From the NCBI GenBank assembly GCA_963847665.1, contig CAWKAO010000003.1, positions 569,362 to 633,361 on the forward strand: a stretch of 64,000 nt of DNA, given 5' to 3'. This stretch comes from an uncultured Actinomycetes bacterium (GTDB taxonomy: Bacteria > Actinomycetota > Humimicrobiia > Humimicrobiales > Humimicrobiaceae). The position numbers were made by a program, and so were the translations under genes. Every line of letters starts with the position of its first letter. The stretch's first letter is position 1. The notes below the pieces were generated by a model. That model was not told the origin of the DNA. It searched no databases and saw only the letters and a list, made by a program, of their open reading frames with translations. Below are positions 1 to 9,242 of this stretch, one piece after another.

Positions 1-1
1 A

Positions 2-349
2 TGCGAAGCAGAAGTAAATACATATAATTTTTCAGAGGCCTGGCTTGCCACCAATACAAAATGCACTTCTGAAGCGATTAGGTATTCAAATTGTGTCAAG
101 ATGAAAGTGATCGCCTGGCACTATCCCCATAAAGACAATCTTGAGTATTTAATTGAAAGTAAAAAATTATACCCGGTTTCCATTTTGCCTGGACTTAGGG
201 ATCAACAAAAAATAAGATTGTTTGAAATTGATATACTGACTGTACAGGACCTGCTCAAAAATACCCCCGAAGAGATAGCAAAAATCATATTGACAGATGA
301 CCTGAGAGCTAATAGGGTATTTACAGAAGCAGCATTGCTCTTATCCTGA
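2..349 (+). CDS. C-terminal fragment of a protein entering from upstream of the window; helix-hairpin-helix-like motif (LPGLRDQQKIRLFEIDILTVQDLLKNTPEEIAKI)
   Basis: Frame 2 is open from base 2 to the stop at 349, with no stop upstream inside the window. An HhH-like motif is visible in the translation. Confidence 0.3.
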   Translation, partial: CEAEVNTYNFSEAWLATNTKCTSEAIRYSNCVKMKVIAWHYPHKDNLEYLIESKKLYPVSILPGLRDQQKIRLFEIDILTVQDLLKNTPEEIAKIILTDDLRANRVFTEAALLLS

Positions 350-459
350 GCCTGACTTTAAATCTATTGTGGATTTGATCACAATTAGAGAGGGATTTTA
401 AAGATTTGTAATTGTAAAATGGTAAAAATACAATTTTGAGTAAAATATAAGGATAAATA

Positions 460-780
460 ATGAATACGGGACCGACAAAAAATAATAATATAGAAATAAA
501 ATGCGATAAGTGCGGAAATATTATTGATTTAAGTTTGTCAGATCTGGCAAAACAACTTGATGACCTTAAAAGAAAAACACGAGAACTGGAAAAAGAGATA
601 AATACTAAGGACAGGGCTTTAAACGATACAAAGAATGTACTGACCTCGCTACAGGAGGAAATGAAAAATTGCCAGGAGTTGAAAGTTAAAATAGACCAGG
701 AAGTCGAGAAAAGAATAGAGAAACTGCTCTATAAAGGTTTTGCAGGTTGTGGGCGCTGTTCAAAGCCAAGTTATAAGTAA
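460..780 (+). CDS. hypothetical coiled-coil protein with CxxC pairs at both ends (zinc-ribbon-like)
   Basis: 106-aa ORF. CDKCGN near the N-terminus and GCGRCSK near the C-terminus flank a heptad-rich K/E segment. Confidence 0.4.
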   Translation: MNTGPTKNNNIEIKCDKCGNIIDLSLSDLAKQLDDLKRKTRELEKEINTKDRALNDTKNVLTSLQEEMKNCQELKVKIDQEVEKRIEKLLYKGFAGCGRCSKPSYK

Positions 781-831
781 GCATGGAAATGACCAGTCTA
801 ATAAAAAGTATCTAAGAGTAGATTCGTTAAA

Positions 832-859
832 TTGACATAAAAGTAAAATTTTGTATACT
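832..859 (+). promoter_or_regulatory. sigma70-like promoter (TTGACA, 16 nt, TATACT)
   Basis: TTGACA at 832-837 and TATACT at 854-859, upstream of the structured leader of the 1027 gene. Confidence 0.3.
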
Positions 860-939
860 GATTGTGATTTATTTTTTTTTAAAATAGATTAAAAACTGAA
901 TATTGCCGGGAGCAAAGGGGCTCCTGAAAAAGCAGTGTT

Positions 940-995
940 GCACAACAATACAGGCATTGTAAGCCTGGTGTTATTGTTGTGCTTTTTTATTTTTA
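940..995 (+). terminator. intrinsic-terminator-like hairpin plus U-run, 30 nt upstream of the RBS of the glutamate-synthase-like gene (candidate attenuator)
   Basis: GCACAACAATA (940-950) pairs with TATTGTTGTGC (972-982). An inner hairpin CAGGC/GCCTG sits at 951-967. A T-run follows at 983-995. Confidence 0.45.
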
Positions 996-1026
996 AAAAT
1001 GTATATAATCAAAAAAGGAGAGCAAA

Positions 1027-2616
1027 ATGACCTATTCACGATTAAATGCGTCAGCTGCTACAGGCACAAGGAATCTTTATGGAAATGATTACAGCCCTGT
1101 TTCAGGGTTATGCGTAGCGTGTATAGAAGGGTGCCTTGGCTTGTGCGAGGTAGGGAAATCAGCATATAGAGGGACCGAAGTAATATATCCCCAGCCTTTC
1201 GGGGAGATCACAGCAGCATCACAGAAAGACAACCCGATAGACTTCTCACATTTCAATATCATGGGCAGTGCTTTTGGTGCATATGGTATTGAATCTGACA
1301 GCGATACAGCCATATTTACAAATGTAAACACTGAGACCAGAATAGGCAGAAATAAAGACCTGAAATTAAGATCACCTATAATCATACCGGGGCTTGGCTC
1401 AACAGATGTCGCAAAAAATAACTGGGAAGGGCTTGCAATAGGTTCAGCCATTGCAGGTGTTGTTCTTACTATTGGGGAAAATGTCTGTGGAGTGGATTCC
1501 GCATCTGAATTTGACAACAAAGGAAAAATAAAAAAGTCCCCTGAACTGGAAAGAAGGGTCAAACTCTACAGGGACTGGCAGGATGGTTATGGGGACATAG
1601 TGGTCCAGGCAAATGTAGAGGACACAAGGTTTGAGGTCCTTGAATATGCAATAAGAGAGCTCGGTGTAGAAACCGTTGAACTTAAATGGGGACAGGGTGC
1701 AAAGAACATCGGTGGCGAGATCAAGATAAATGACCTGGAAAAAGCAATGGAACTGAAAAGAAGAGGTTATATAGTGCTTCCGGATCCGCTTGACCCTTAT
1801 GTACAGAATGCTTTTAAAAATGGAGACTTTAAGGAATTTGAAAGGCATTCAAGGATTGGAATGGTCAACAGGGATGATTTCCATGCTGCTGTTGCTGCTT
1901 TAAGAAAAGCTGGAGCTAAAAGAGTCTTTTTAAAGACTGGAGCTTACAGACCATCGGTTCTTGCAAGGGCAATAAAGTATTCTTCTGAAGCAGAAATAGA
2001 CCTTCTTACAATCGATGGAGCCGGCGGTGGTACAGGTATGAGCCCCTGGCGGATGATGAACGAGTGGGGCATACCGACAGTTTATCTGCAGTGTCTTGCC
2101 TATAGAATGGTAAAAGAACTTGCAGACAGGGGAAAGTATATTCCTGACCTGGCAATTGCAGGTGGTTTTGCTCTCGAAGACCAGATATATAAAGGCCTAG
2201 CTCTTGGCGCTCCTTATTTCAAAATTGTCGGTATGGCGCGTTCTCCGATTACAGCTTGTATGGTCGGCAAAACCATATCTAATAAGATCAGTGGGAATGA
2301 AATACCTGCTTCCATTAAAAAATATGGAGAGAATATGGAGACCATATTTATAGAAGCCTCAAACCTCAGTAAAAAGTATGGATCAAGATTTAAGGACATA
2401 CCGGGTTCGGCAATAGGGCTCGTGACATACTTTAAAAGACTTGACCAGGGCTTAAAGCAGCTAATGTGCGGCGCAAGAAAATTTTCTCTTGAGTTTGTAA
2501 ACAGAGATGACCTGGTAGCACTCACAACAGAGGCAAGTGGTATCTCTGGAATCCCATATGTGATGGACATGGACAACAATGAAGTAAGCGCAATACTTAA
2601 TTATGATATAGGATAG
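1027..2616 (+). CDS. glutamate synthase domain-2-like FMN-dependent oxidoreductase (GltB-related), with an N-terminal Cys cluster
   Basis: Motif IDGAGGGTGMSPW...GIPT matches the conserved GltB FMN-domain signature (DG..GGTGA.P). N-terminal CVACIEGCLGLCEV is a candidate Fe-S site. RBS AAAGGAG sits upstream. Confidence 0.7.
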   Translation: MTYSRLNASAATGTRNLYGNDYSPVSGLCVACIEGCLGLCEVGKSAYRGTEVIYPQPFGEITAASQKDNPIDFSHFNIMGSAFGAYGIESDSDTAIFTNVNTETRIGRNKDLKLRSPIIIPGLGSTDVAKNNWEGLAIGSAIAGVVLTIGENVCGVDSASEFDNKGKIKKSPELERRVKLYRDWQDGYGDIVVQANVEDTRFEVLEYAIRELGVETVELKWGQGAKNIGGEIKINDLEKAMELKRRGYIVLPDPLDPYVQNAFKNGDFKEFERHSRIGMVNRDDFHAAVAALRKAGAKRVFLKTGAYRPSVLARAIKYSSEAEIDLLTIDGAGGGTGMSPWRMMNEWGIPTVYLQCLAYRMVKELADRGKYIPDLAIAGGFALEDQIYKGLALGAPYFKIVGMARSPITACMVGKTISNKISGNEIPASIKKYGENMETIFIEASNLSKKYGSRFKDIPGSAIGLVTYFKRLDQGLKQLMCGARKFSLEFVNRDDLVALTTEASGISGIPYVMDMDNNEVSAILNYDIG

Positions 2617-2785
2617 TATTTACCTGAGACCTTTTCGTATTGACAAAAAATGATATTAATAATAACATTTTTATGAGATTCAAAAAAACGTTTTTCTGAT
2701 TAATATCTTATTAATAATTAATATTTTTATTTATTCTATTAAAAAAATACATTATTAATTAATAATAGTAAGGCATAAAATTAGA

Positions 2786-4315
2786 ATGTCTGAATTGATC
2801 TCAAACAATGTATTTCTTCAGATGAACAGCATCACGAAAGTATTTCCTGGCGTAGTCGCATTAAAAAATGTTGATTTTGAGGTCAATCATGGAGAGGTCC
2901 ATGCGCTGGTCGGTGAAAATGGTGCTGGAAAATCTACACTTATCAAGATCCTTGGGGGACTTTACAGACCTGATTCCGGTGATATTTACCTGGGAGGGAA
3001 AAAAGTACTTTTCACAAATACTTCCCAGGCACAGCAAAATAAGATCGCAGTTATCTATCAGGAATTCAATCTTGTTCCGGACCTGTCTGTTGCAGAAAAT
3101 ATTTTTATTGGAAGGGAGCCCAAAGCATTCGCAAAAATTTTCATTAAATGGAAAAAACTCAATGCTGATGCAAAAATGATCCTTGACAGGCTGGATATCG
3201 AACTTGACTGCAAGAGGTTCGTTTCGGATCTTTCAGTTGCTGAAAGACAGATGGTCGAGATCGCAAAAGCATTATCACTTGATGCAAAACTGATAATCAT
3301 GGATGAGCCGACTGCTACCCTTACAGAAAAAGAAGTCGTAAAGCTTTTTGAAATAATAGAGGAATTGAAAAAAAATGGAGTATCAATAATCTATATATCG
3401 CACCGCCTGGAAGAAGCTTTTAAGCTGTCAGACAGGATAACTGTCCTGCGTGATGGTGAAAAAATAGACACAAAACTTACCACAAAAACAAACCAGGATG
3501 AGATCGTATCGATGATGGTAGGTAAAATAGTGAAAGATTATTTTGCTGGCGACAAAGTTTCCAGTGCAACTAAAAAAGTAGTACTGGAGGTAAAAGATTA
3601 TTATATTGCTGATAATGTATATGATGTTGGTTTTAAATTGCATGAAGGCGAGATCCTGGGTTTTGCCGGGGTCCTGGGTTCGGGTATCCATCATCTTTTA
3701 AGGTCTATATATGGTGTCTCACCAAAAACCAGGGGGGATATTTATTTCGAAGATAAGAAAGTCAATATCAATAGCACTAAAGATGCTATTAAGCTCGGCA
3801 TAGGATTTGTCACTGACGATCGAAAAGGGGAAGGCCTCCTATATGATATGTCAGTCATGCAAAATCTTACAATAATAATAGTCAAGACCCTGACTTTCTT
3901 TAAGGGATTATTTATCAGGGCAAGAGAAGAAAAAAAAGCGTTTCTAAAAATGAGCAAAGAGCTTGATATAAAATTTGCAAATTTAAATCAGAGAATAATA
4001 TTTCTAAGCGGCGGCAATCAACAAAAAGTAATAATAGGCAGGACCCTCTTATCAAATTGTAAGGTGCTTATATTACTTGAACCGACAAGAGGTATTGATG
4101 TAGGCGCAAAAGCAGAGATACACAGGATCTTAAAAGAGCTTACAAATAAAGGGATCTCTATAATCCTATCTTCGTCAGAACTTCCAGAGATAGTCAACCT
4201 TACGGACAGGTGCATTGTCTTGTACAAAGGCAAGATAGCAGCAGAATTTAACAGGGAAAACCTGGATGAAGAGAAACTTGTTGCAGCCCAGATCGGTCAG
4301 TCTATTAGTTTATGA
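2786..4315 (+). CDS. sugar ABC transporter ATP-binding protein, two fused ATPase domains (RbsA/MglA-like)
   Basis: Walker A GENGAGKST and signature LSVAERQ in the first half. A second ATPase domain has LSGGNQQKV. Length is 509 aa. Confidence 0.85.
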   Translation: MSELISNNVFLQMNSITKVFPGVVALKNVDFEVNHGEVHALVGENGAGKSTLIKILGGLYRPDSGDIYLGGKKVLFTNTSQAQQNKIAVIYQEFNLVPDLSVAENIFIGREPKAFAKIFIKWKKLNADAKMILDRLDIELDCKRFVSDLSVAERQMVEIAKALSLDAKLIIMDEPTATLTEKEVVKLFEIIEELKKNGVSIIYISHRLEEAFKLSDRITVLRDGEKIDTKLTTKTNQDEIVSMMVGKIVKDYFAGDKVSSATKKVVLEVKDYYIADNVYDVGFKLHEGEILGFAGVLGSGIHHLLRSIYGVSPKTRGDIYFEDKKVNINSTKDAIKLGIGFVTDDRKGEGLLYDMSVMQNLTIIIVKTLTFFKGLFIRAREEKKAFLKMSKELDIKFANLNQRIIFLSGGNQQKVIIGRTLLSNCKVLILLEPTRGIDVGAKAEIHRILKELTNKGISIILSSSELPEIVNLTDRCIVLYKGKIAAEFNRENLDEEKLVAAQIGQSISL

Positions 4316-4370
4316 TCATTAAGATCTTAATTATTAAATGCTGGATTGATATAAATATAAAGGGATAAAA

Positions 4371-5333
4371 ATGATTAAGTTCCTGAAATTATATGAAAAG
4401 ATAGGAATCTTTATATTAATAGTGCTGGCAAGTATTTTTCTTGCTATTGCGAGCCCAAATTTTTTAAAAGCCGATACAATCCTCAATATAATCACCCAGG
4501 GTACTTATGGAGCCATTGTCGGTTTTGGGATGGTGCTGGCAATAACCAGCGGTGGTTTTGACCTTTCAGTCGATGCAGTAGTAGCGTTGACAAGTGTTTT
4601 TTTATCAATACTGATCCCAAATATCGGTATTCCTATGGCTATAATAGTATCTATCCTAATAAGCTGTTTTGTAGGGTTTTTAAATGGGGTGATAATAACA
4701 AAATTTGGTGTAAATCCACTTATTACCACTCTTTCCATGGCGACTATTATAAGGGGAGTATCTCTTCTGGTAGCAAATGGAAAACAGATCCCGATAAGCG
4801 AGACAAAGTTTACAGTTATAGGAACTGGAAAATTACTTGGAGTTCCTATCCCCATATATATAATGATAGTTCTTTTTATTATATTTTATTTACTGCTCTA
4901 CCAGACACCTCTTGGAAGGCATATCAGCGCAGTAGGTTCAAATGAAAATGCTGCAAGGATCTCAGGCTTGAATGTAGTATTTGTAAAGATAATGGTCTAT
5001 GTGCTTGTCTCATTTACTGCTGCCATAAATGGAGTTATAAGAACCTCCCAGGCTATGATCGGCATACCGAGCATGGCTCCAGGTTTTACCCTGCTTGTCA
5101 TAACTATTACTATTTTAGGCGGGACCAGCCTTGCAGGTGGAAAGGGTAATCTTACCGGTGCAGTCTTTGCAGGTATTTTTATTTCAATGGTCTATTATGG
5201 ATTAAACCTTATAAAGGTACAGTATTTTTATCAGCTGTTATCTGTAGGGCTGATATTGATCTTTGCACTTTTTGTTGATGGGCTTCGGCAGAGATACCTC
5301 GAAACTGCAAAGATCAAAGGTATCAAGGTGTAA
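4371..5333 (+). CDS. ABC transporter permease (ribose/monosaccharide type)
   Basis: 320-aa polytopic membrane protein typical of the RbsC family, located within an ABC operon. Confidence 0.8.
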   Translation: MIKFLKLYEKIGIFILIVLASIFLAIASPNFLKADTILNIITQGTYGAIVGFGMVLAITSGGFDLSVDAVVALTSVFLSILIPNIGIPMAIIVSILISCFVGFLNGVIITKFGVNPLITTLSMATIIRGVSLLVANGKQIPISETKFTVIGTGKLLGVPIPIYIMIVLFIIFYLLLYQTPLGRHISAVGSNENAARISGLNVVFVKIMVYVLVSFTAAINGVIRTSQAMIGIPSMAPGFTLLVITITILGGTSLAGGKGNLTGAVFAGIFISMVYYGLNLIKVQYFYQLLSVGLILIFALFVDGLRQRYLETAKIKGIKV

Positions 5334-5370
5334 AATTATATAAACTTTTTTAAGGGCAAGGATATTTTAA

Positions 5371-6348
5371 ATGGATGGTTTAAGATCCAGGCGAATAAAA
5401 CAGAAGCTGGGTACAGTATGGGGAAATTTTGGATTACCTGCAATATTTGCGATAATAATCGTTGTTTTTACTATTTCAAATCCCAATTTTGCGACAAGCT
5501 ATAACTTGCTCAGTAACTTTGGATTTGCGTCCTATGTCGGCATTGCAGCTATCGGGATGACATTTGTAATAATGACCGGGAATTTTGATATTTCAATCGG
5601 CTCAATGCTTGCGCTTGTCGCCGTACTGGGTTCTTCCTTTATTCCAAAGATAGGAGGAGTCGCAGGGGTTTTAGCTACAATTGCGATCGCAAGTTTTCTT
5701 GGCTTTTTAAATGGGATATTTGTGACAAAACTCAGGATTCCTGCATTTATTACAACTTTAGGGATGCTTTATGTATTCAGGGCTCTTGCGTTTATTTATA
5801 CAAATAATGTACCGGTTTATATTAGTGATAAATTCTGGCTTTATCTTGGAAATGGAAAATTATTTGGAGTAATACCTTTTCCGATCATTTTGATGATAGT
5901 CTGCTATGGCATTGCATATCTTATTTTAAGAAAAAGTCCAGTGGGCAGATATATAATCTCTGTCGGGACCAATGCAAAGGCTGCTGCCCTTTCCGGAATA
6001 AATGTAGATAATATAAAAATACTGGTATTTACGCTGCTTGGTTTATTTGTAGGGATAGCCGCAATTGTCAATTCTGCTAATCTGGGAGCTGCGAACCCTG
6101 GGCTCATGGGCACTAATTATGAGTTCCAGGTCATCACTGCAGTAGTTCTGGGTGGGACCGCACTAAGTGGTGGAAACGGCAGCCTCGGAGGTTCCCTTAT
6201 TGCAGCACTAATAGTGACTTTTCTTCAAAATGGCATGGGACTTATGCAGATCAACTCGTACTGGCAGCTTGTCGCAACCGGCCTGGTAATGATATTTGCA
6301 GTGTCATTGAACAAATTAAAATTTTATCTGCTTGGGCAGGGAGAGTGA
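5371..6348 (+). CDS. ABC transporter permease (second, paralogous)
   Basis: 325 aa, paralogous to the preceding permease. Confidence 0.8.
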   Translation: MDGLRSRRIKQKLGTVWGNFGLPAIFAIIIVVFTISNPNFATSYNLLSNFGFASYVGIAAIGMTFVIMTGNFDISIGSMLALVAVLGSSFIPKIGGVAGVLATIAIASFLGFLNGIFVTKLRIPAFITTLGMLYVFRALAFIYTNNVPVYISDKFWLYLGNGKLFGVIPFPIILMIVCYGIAYLILRKSPVGRYIISVGTNAKAAALSGINVDNIKILVFTLLGLFVGIAAIVNSANLGAANPGLMGTNYEFQVITAVVLGGTALSGGNGSLGGSLIAALIVTFLQNGMGLMQINSYWQLVATGLVMIFAVSLNKLKFYLLGQGE

Positions 6349-6484
6349 TCACTTATAAATAATAGATCATTAAAACTTTTCTTTTTAACCCGTCTTGAAA
6401 AATATATAGGGAGGAGGGATGCTTATTTGATATCCACTGTTTTATTAAACAAAAACTATAACAAAGATCACTAAGGAGGAAAAA

Positions 6485-7510
6485 ATGAAAATCAGATTTC
6501 TAAAAATTGCTTTTATAGCAACAGTCTGCCTTGCACTGGTACTGTCGGTATCATTTTTCGGATGCAAGCAAGCAGCAGCTGAGGATGAAGGAGGAATGTC
6601 TGTAACTACTTATGCAAAAGCTGAGGATATCACCATAGGCTATTCACTCTGGACAATGCAGTATACTTTTTTCCAGAATCTTGAAAAAGGCGTAAAAGAT
6701 GCATGTGCTGATTTTGGATTTAAGTATGTAATGATCGACCAGAACAGTGACGCCACAAAAATGGTCCAGGATATGAATTCACTAGTTGGCCAGAAAGTAA
6801 GCGGAATAGTTTCTACACCGGTCGATCCGGGAGCAATGGGTCCTGCAGTAGAAAATGCAAGGCAGAACGGTATTCCTGTTGTCTGCGCTGATATCGGAAA
6901 ATCAGGTCCCGTAAATGCTCTGATGATCTCTAACAATTTCAAGGGCGGCGAGCTTGCAGCAGAATTCCTGGCTGGCAAGATAAATGATAATACTAAAACT
7001 CTTGGACTTGGCAACCTTCTTCCGCAATGGACATATGCAAGGCAGAGAGGTGAAGGTTTTCTGTCAAAAGCACTGGAACTTGAATATCCTGTAGGTGCAA
7101 ATATAATCGTCCAGAATCCAAGTGCTGAAGGTGGATATGATACTATGCAGCAGATACTTTCAGCAATTCCAGATGTTGCCGGTGTTTACTTTACCAGTGG
7201 TAGAGAAGCTGTAGGTGCTGCACAGGCAATCCAGGCAGCAGGTAAGGATATATGGTCCGTAGGATATAACGGTGACCCGGAAGAATTCCAGGCAATTAAA
7301 GACGGAGTCCTGGATGCAACAATACTTCAGGAACCTTACTTTATAGGTTATAGATCTGTTGAGATCCTGAAAGAGATTCTTCTTGACGGTGCATTCTATG
7401 AAAACGTTGAGGTGCCTGTAGATGTAAAATTGGTCACTCCTGAGAATATGGACCAGATTGCAGCAGACATTCTTGAAAAGACAGGTAATTCAGCATTTCC
7501 AGCTGAATAA
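6485..7510 (+). CDS. periplasmic sugar-binding lipoprotein (RbsB/LacI-type fold) of the ABC transporter
   Basis: Signal peptide with lipobox FFGC at residue 26. Typical periplasmic-binding-protein domain. RBS AAGGAGG upstream. Confidence 0.8.
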   Translation: MKIRFLKIAFIATVCLALVLSVSFFGCKQAAAEDEGGMSVTTYAKAEDITIGYSLWTMQYTFFQNLEKGVKDACADFGFKYVMIDQNSDATKMVQDMNSLVGQKVSGIVSTPVDPGAMGPAVENARQNGIPVVCADIGKSGPVNALMISNNFKGGELAAEFLAGKINDNTKTLGLGNLLPQWTYARQRGEGFLSKALELEYPVGANIIVQNPSAEGGYDTMQQILSAIPDVAGVYFTSGREAVGAAQAIQAAGKDIWSVGYNGDPEEFQAIKDGVLDATILQEPYFIGYRSVEILKEILLDGAFYENVEVPVDVKLVTPENMDQIAADILEKTGNSAFPAE

Positions 7511-7562
7511 TATTAGATAGATAACTGAAACAACTAAATTCTAGATCTAGGATTTAGAGAAA

Positions 7563-7594
7563 CTGGCAGAGACAAGTCCTCTGCCAGTTTTTTA
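7563..7594 (+). terminator. Rho-independent terminator of the sugar ABC operon
   Basis: CTGGCAGAG (7563-7571) pairs with CTCTGCCAG (7579-7587) around a 7-nt loop, followed by TTTTTTATT. Confidence 0.6.
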
Positions 7595-7634
7595 TTGCTT
7601 TCTACTCCCTGACAATATTTTTCCTGGGTTTAAA

Positions 7635-7659
7635 AATTGTGATGCTTAAGATCACAATT
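7635..7659 (+). promoter_or_regulatory. 25-bp inverted repeat AATTGTGAT-N7-ATCACAATT, candidate operator upstream of the flavinylation operon
   Basis: Perfect 9-bp arms with TGTGA/TCACA cores, about 100 nt upstream of the 7757 start. Spacing does not match canonical CRP or Rex sites. Confidence 0.3.
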
Positions 7660-7756
7660 AAGACCTCTTTCATAAATTCTTCATTTTTATCCAATATAAT
7701 CTGATTAAAAGATATAAATTTATCTTAAAAACAAATAGAAGAAAGAGAAAAAAATA

Positions 7757-8470
7757 ATGAAGATACATTTTAAAAAAATACTGGTCTCATTCATTGCGAT
7801 AGTAGGGTTTGTGGTATATGCGCTTTACCAGCGTAATATTGGTACCGGACAGGAACTTATAGGTGCAGTACCGGAAATGACCACTACTACTGTTGCCCAA
7901 ACATCAGCGGATAATCCAGCGGTAACGACCGAAATACAAACAGCTGCTTCAAACCCACCCCTGGATACATCTAACGGTGATGTAGCATATGAAAGTCAGG
8001 ACAGCAATGAATATGGTGATGGGGAAGACGGTGAAGATGAAGAAGATGGGTATTCCAGCAGCCAGACAACGCAAACAACAGTAAATAATACGACAACAAC
8101 TGCTCCTGCAACTACAGATACTGCCAGTTCAGGTACTACAACAAATAATACATCCGGTTCCAGCAGCACAACCACTTCGGCCGGTCTTTATAAAGACGGC
8201 CAGTTCGATGGCATTTCTGCAGATGCTTATTATGGCTTTGTACAGGTAAGGGCTATTGTACAGAACGGAAACCTTACAGATGTACAATTTTTAAGCTATC
8301 CGAATGACAGAAGCTATTCGGTCCAGATAAATACTTATGCAATGCCCCTTCTTAAATCGGAGGCAATAAAAGTCCAGAGTGCCCAGGTCAACATTATCTC
8401 TGGAGCAACAAATACAAGCAGGGCATTTATGACTTCATTATCTTCTGCCCTAACTCAGGCTCAGGTGTGA
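7757..8470 (+). CDS. membrane-anchored FMN-binding-domain protein (FMN_bind) with flavinylation motif SGAT and a long S/T/N/D/E-rich linker
   Basis: N-terminal TM helix, low-complexity T/S/N linker, and a C-terminal FMN_bind-like domain containing ISGATNTS. This matches the ApbE target motif [S/T]GA[T/S]. Confidence 0.7.
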   Translation: MKIHFKKILVSFIAIVGFVVYALYQRNIGTGQELIGAVPEMTTTTVAQTSADNPAVTTEIQTAASNPPLDTSNGDVAYESQDSNEYGDGEDGEDEEDGYSSSQTTQTTVNNTTTTAPATTDTASSGTTTNNTSGSSSTTTSAGLYKDGQFDGISADAYYGFVQVRAIVQNGNLTDVQFLSYPNDRSYSVQINTYAMPLLKSEAIKVQSAQVNIISGATNTSRAFMTSLSSALTQAQV

Positions 8471-9229
8471 ACATGAAATATATAAGAGATATGATGGGGA
8501 CCACAGTGACAATCGAGGTTGTTGACCCCGACATCACAAAAGGAGATATTGATAAAGTATTTTTATATTTTGAAAGTGTTGAAAACAGGTTTAGCGTGTT
8601 TAAACCTGATAGTGAAATATCCCTGATAAATGATGGCAAAGTTGAAAAGAAACATTGGAGTAACGATATGAAGACTATATTTGGACTTGCAGAAAAGACA
8701 AAAAAGGAAACAAGAGGATTTTTTAATATTGTCACAACTGATGGAAAATACAATCCCTCAGGTATTGTAAAGGGATGGGCAATATATAATGCTTCCAGAC
8801 TATTGCTTGCCCGGGGTTTTAAAAATTTCTACATAGATGCAGGCGGAGATATACAGGTCCATGGCCTGAATCCTGAGAATAAATACTGGAGCATCGGGAT
8901 CAAAAATCCTTTTGACCAGTCGACAGATTGTAAAAGTCATCTACCTGAAAGATTGTGGTATTGCGACTTCCGGGACATATATAAGGGGACAGCATATTTA
9001 TAATCCTCTGGAGATAAATAAGCCCTCCAGTGAGATCGTCAGCATAAGTGTTATAGGTCCCGATGTTTATGAGGCCGACAGGTTTGCAACTGCTGCTTTT
9101 GCTATGGGAAACCAGGGAATAGACTTTATTGAAGACCTGGATGGTTTTGAAGGATACCAGATAGATAAAAATGGCGCTGGTACAGAGACCAGTGGATTTG
9201 AAAAATATACTTTTTATCAAAAAATATGA
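8467..9229 (+). pseudogene. apbE: ApbE-family FAD:protein FMN transferase, interrupted by a frameshift near 8905-8935
   Basis: ORF 8467-9003 carries the ApbE N-terminal half (GTTVTIEV...YIDAGGDI). ORF 8912-9229 in the +1 frame carries the C-terminal half (IATSGTYIRGQHIYNP...ADRFATAAF). The junction lies at the A5/T4 homopolymers at 8902-8913. No signal peptide is present. Confidence 0.75.
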
Positions 9230-9242
9230 TTTGGATAATATT

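Noticed and set aside
1089-2579. Minus-strand ORFs inside the glutamate-synthase-like gene (1089-1562, 1444-1848, 2214-2579)
   Set aside because: They are shadow ORFs opposite a conserved coding sequence; no RBS or family signal.
9171-9242. Upstream start (9171) for the membrane FNR-like gene, overlapping apbE by 59 nt
   Set aside because: The N-terminal 24 residues are hydrophilic and overlap the ApbE C-terminus. The Met at 9243 just after the ApbE stop is a more plausible start, although neither has a good SD. Left as uncertain.
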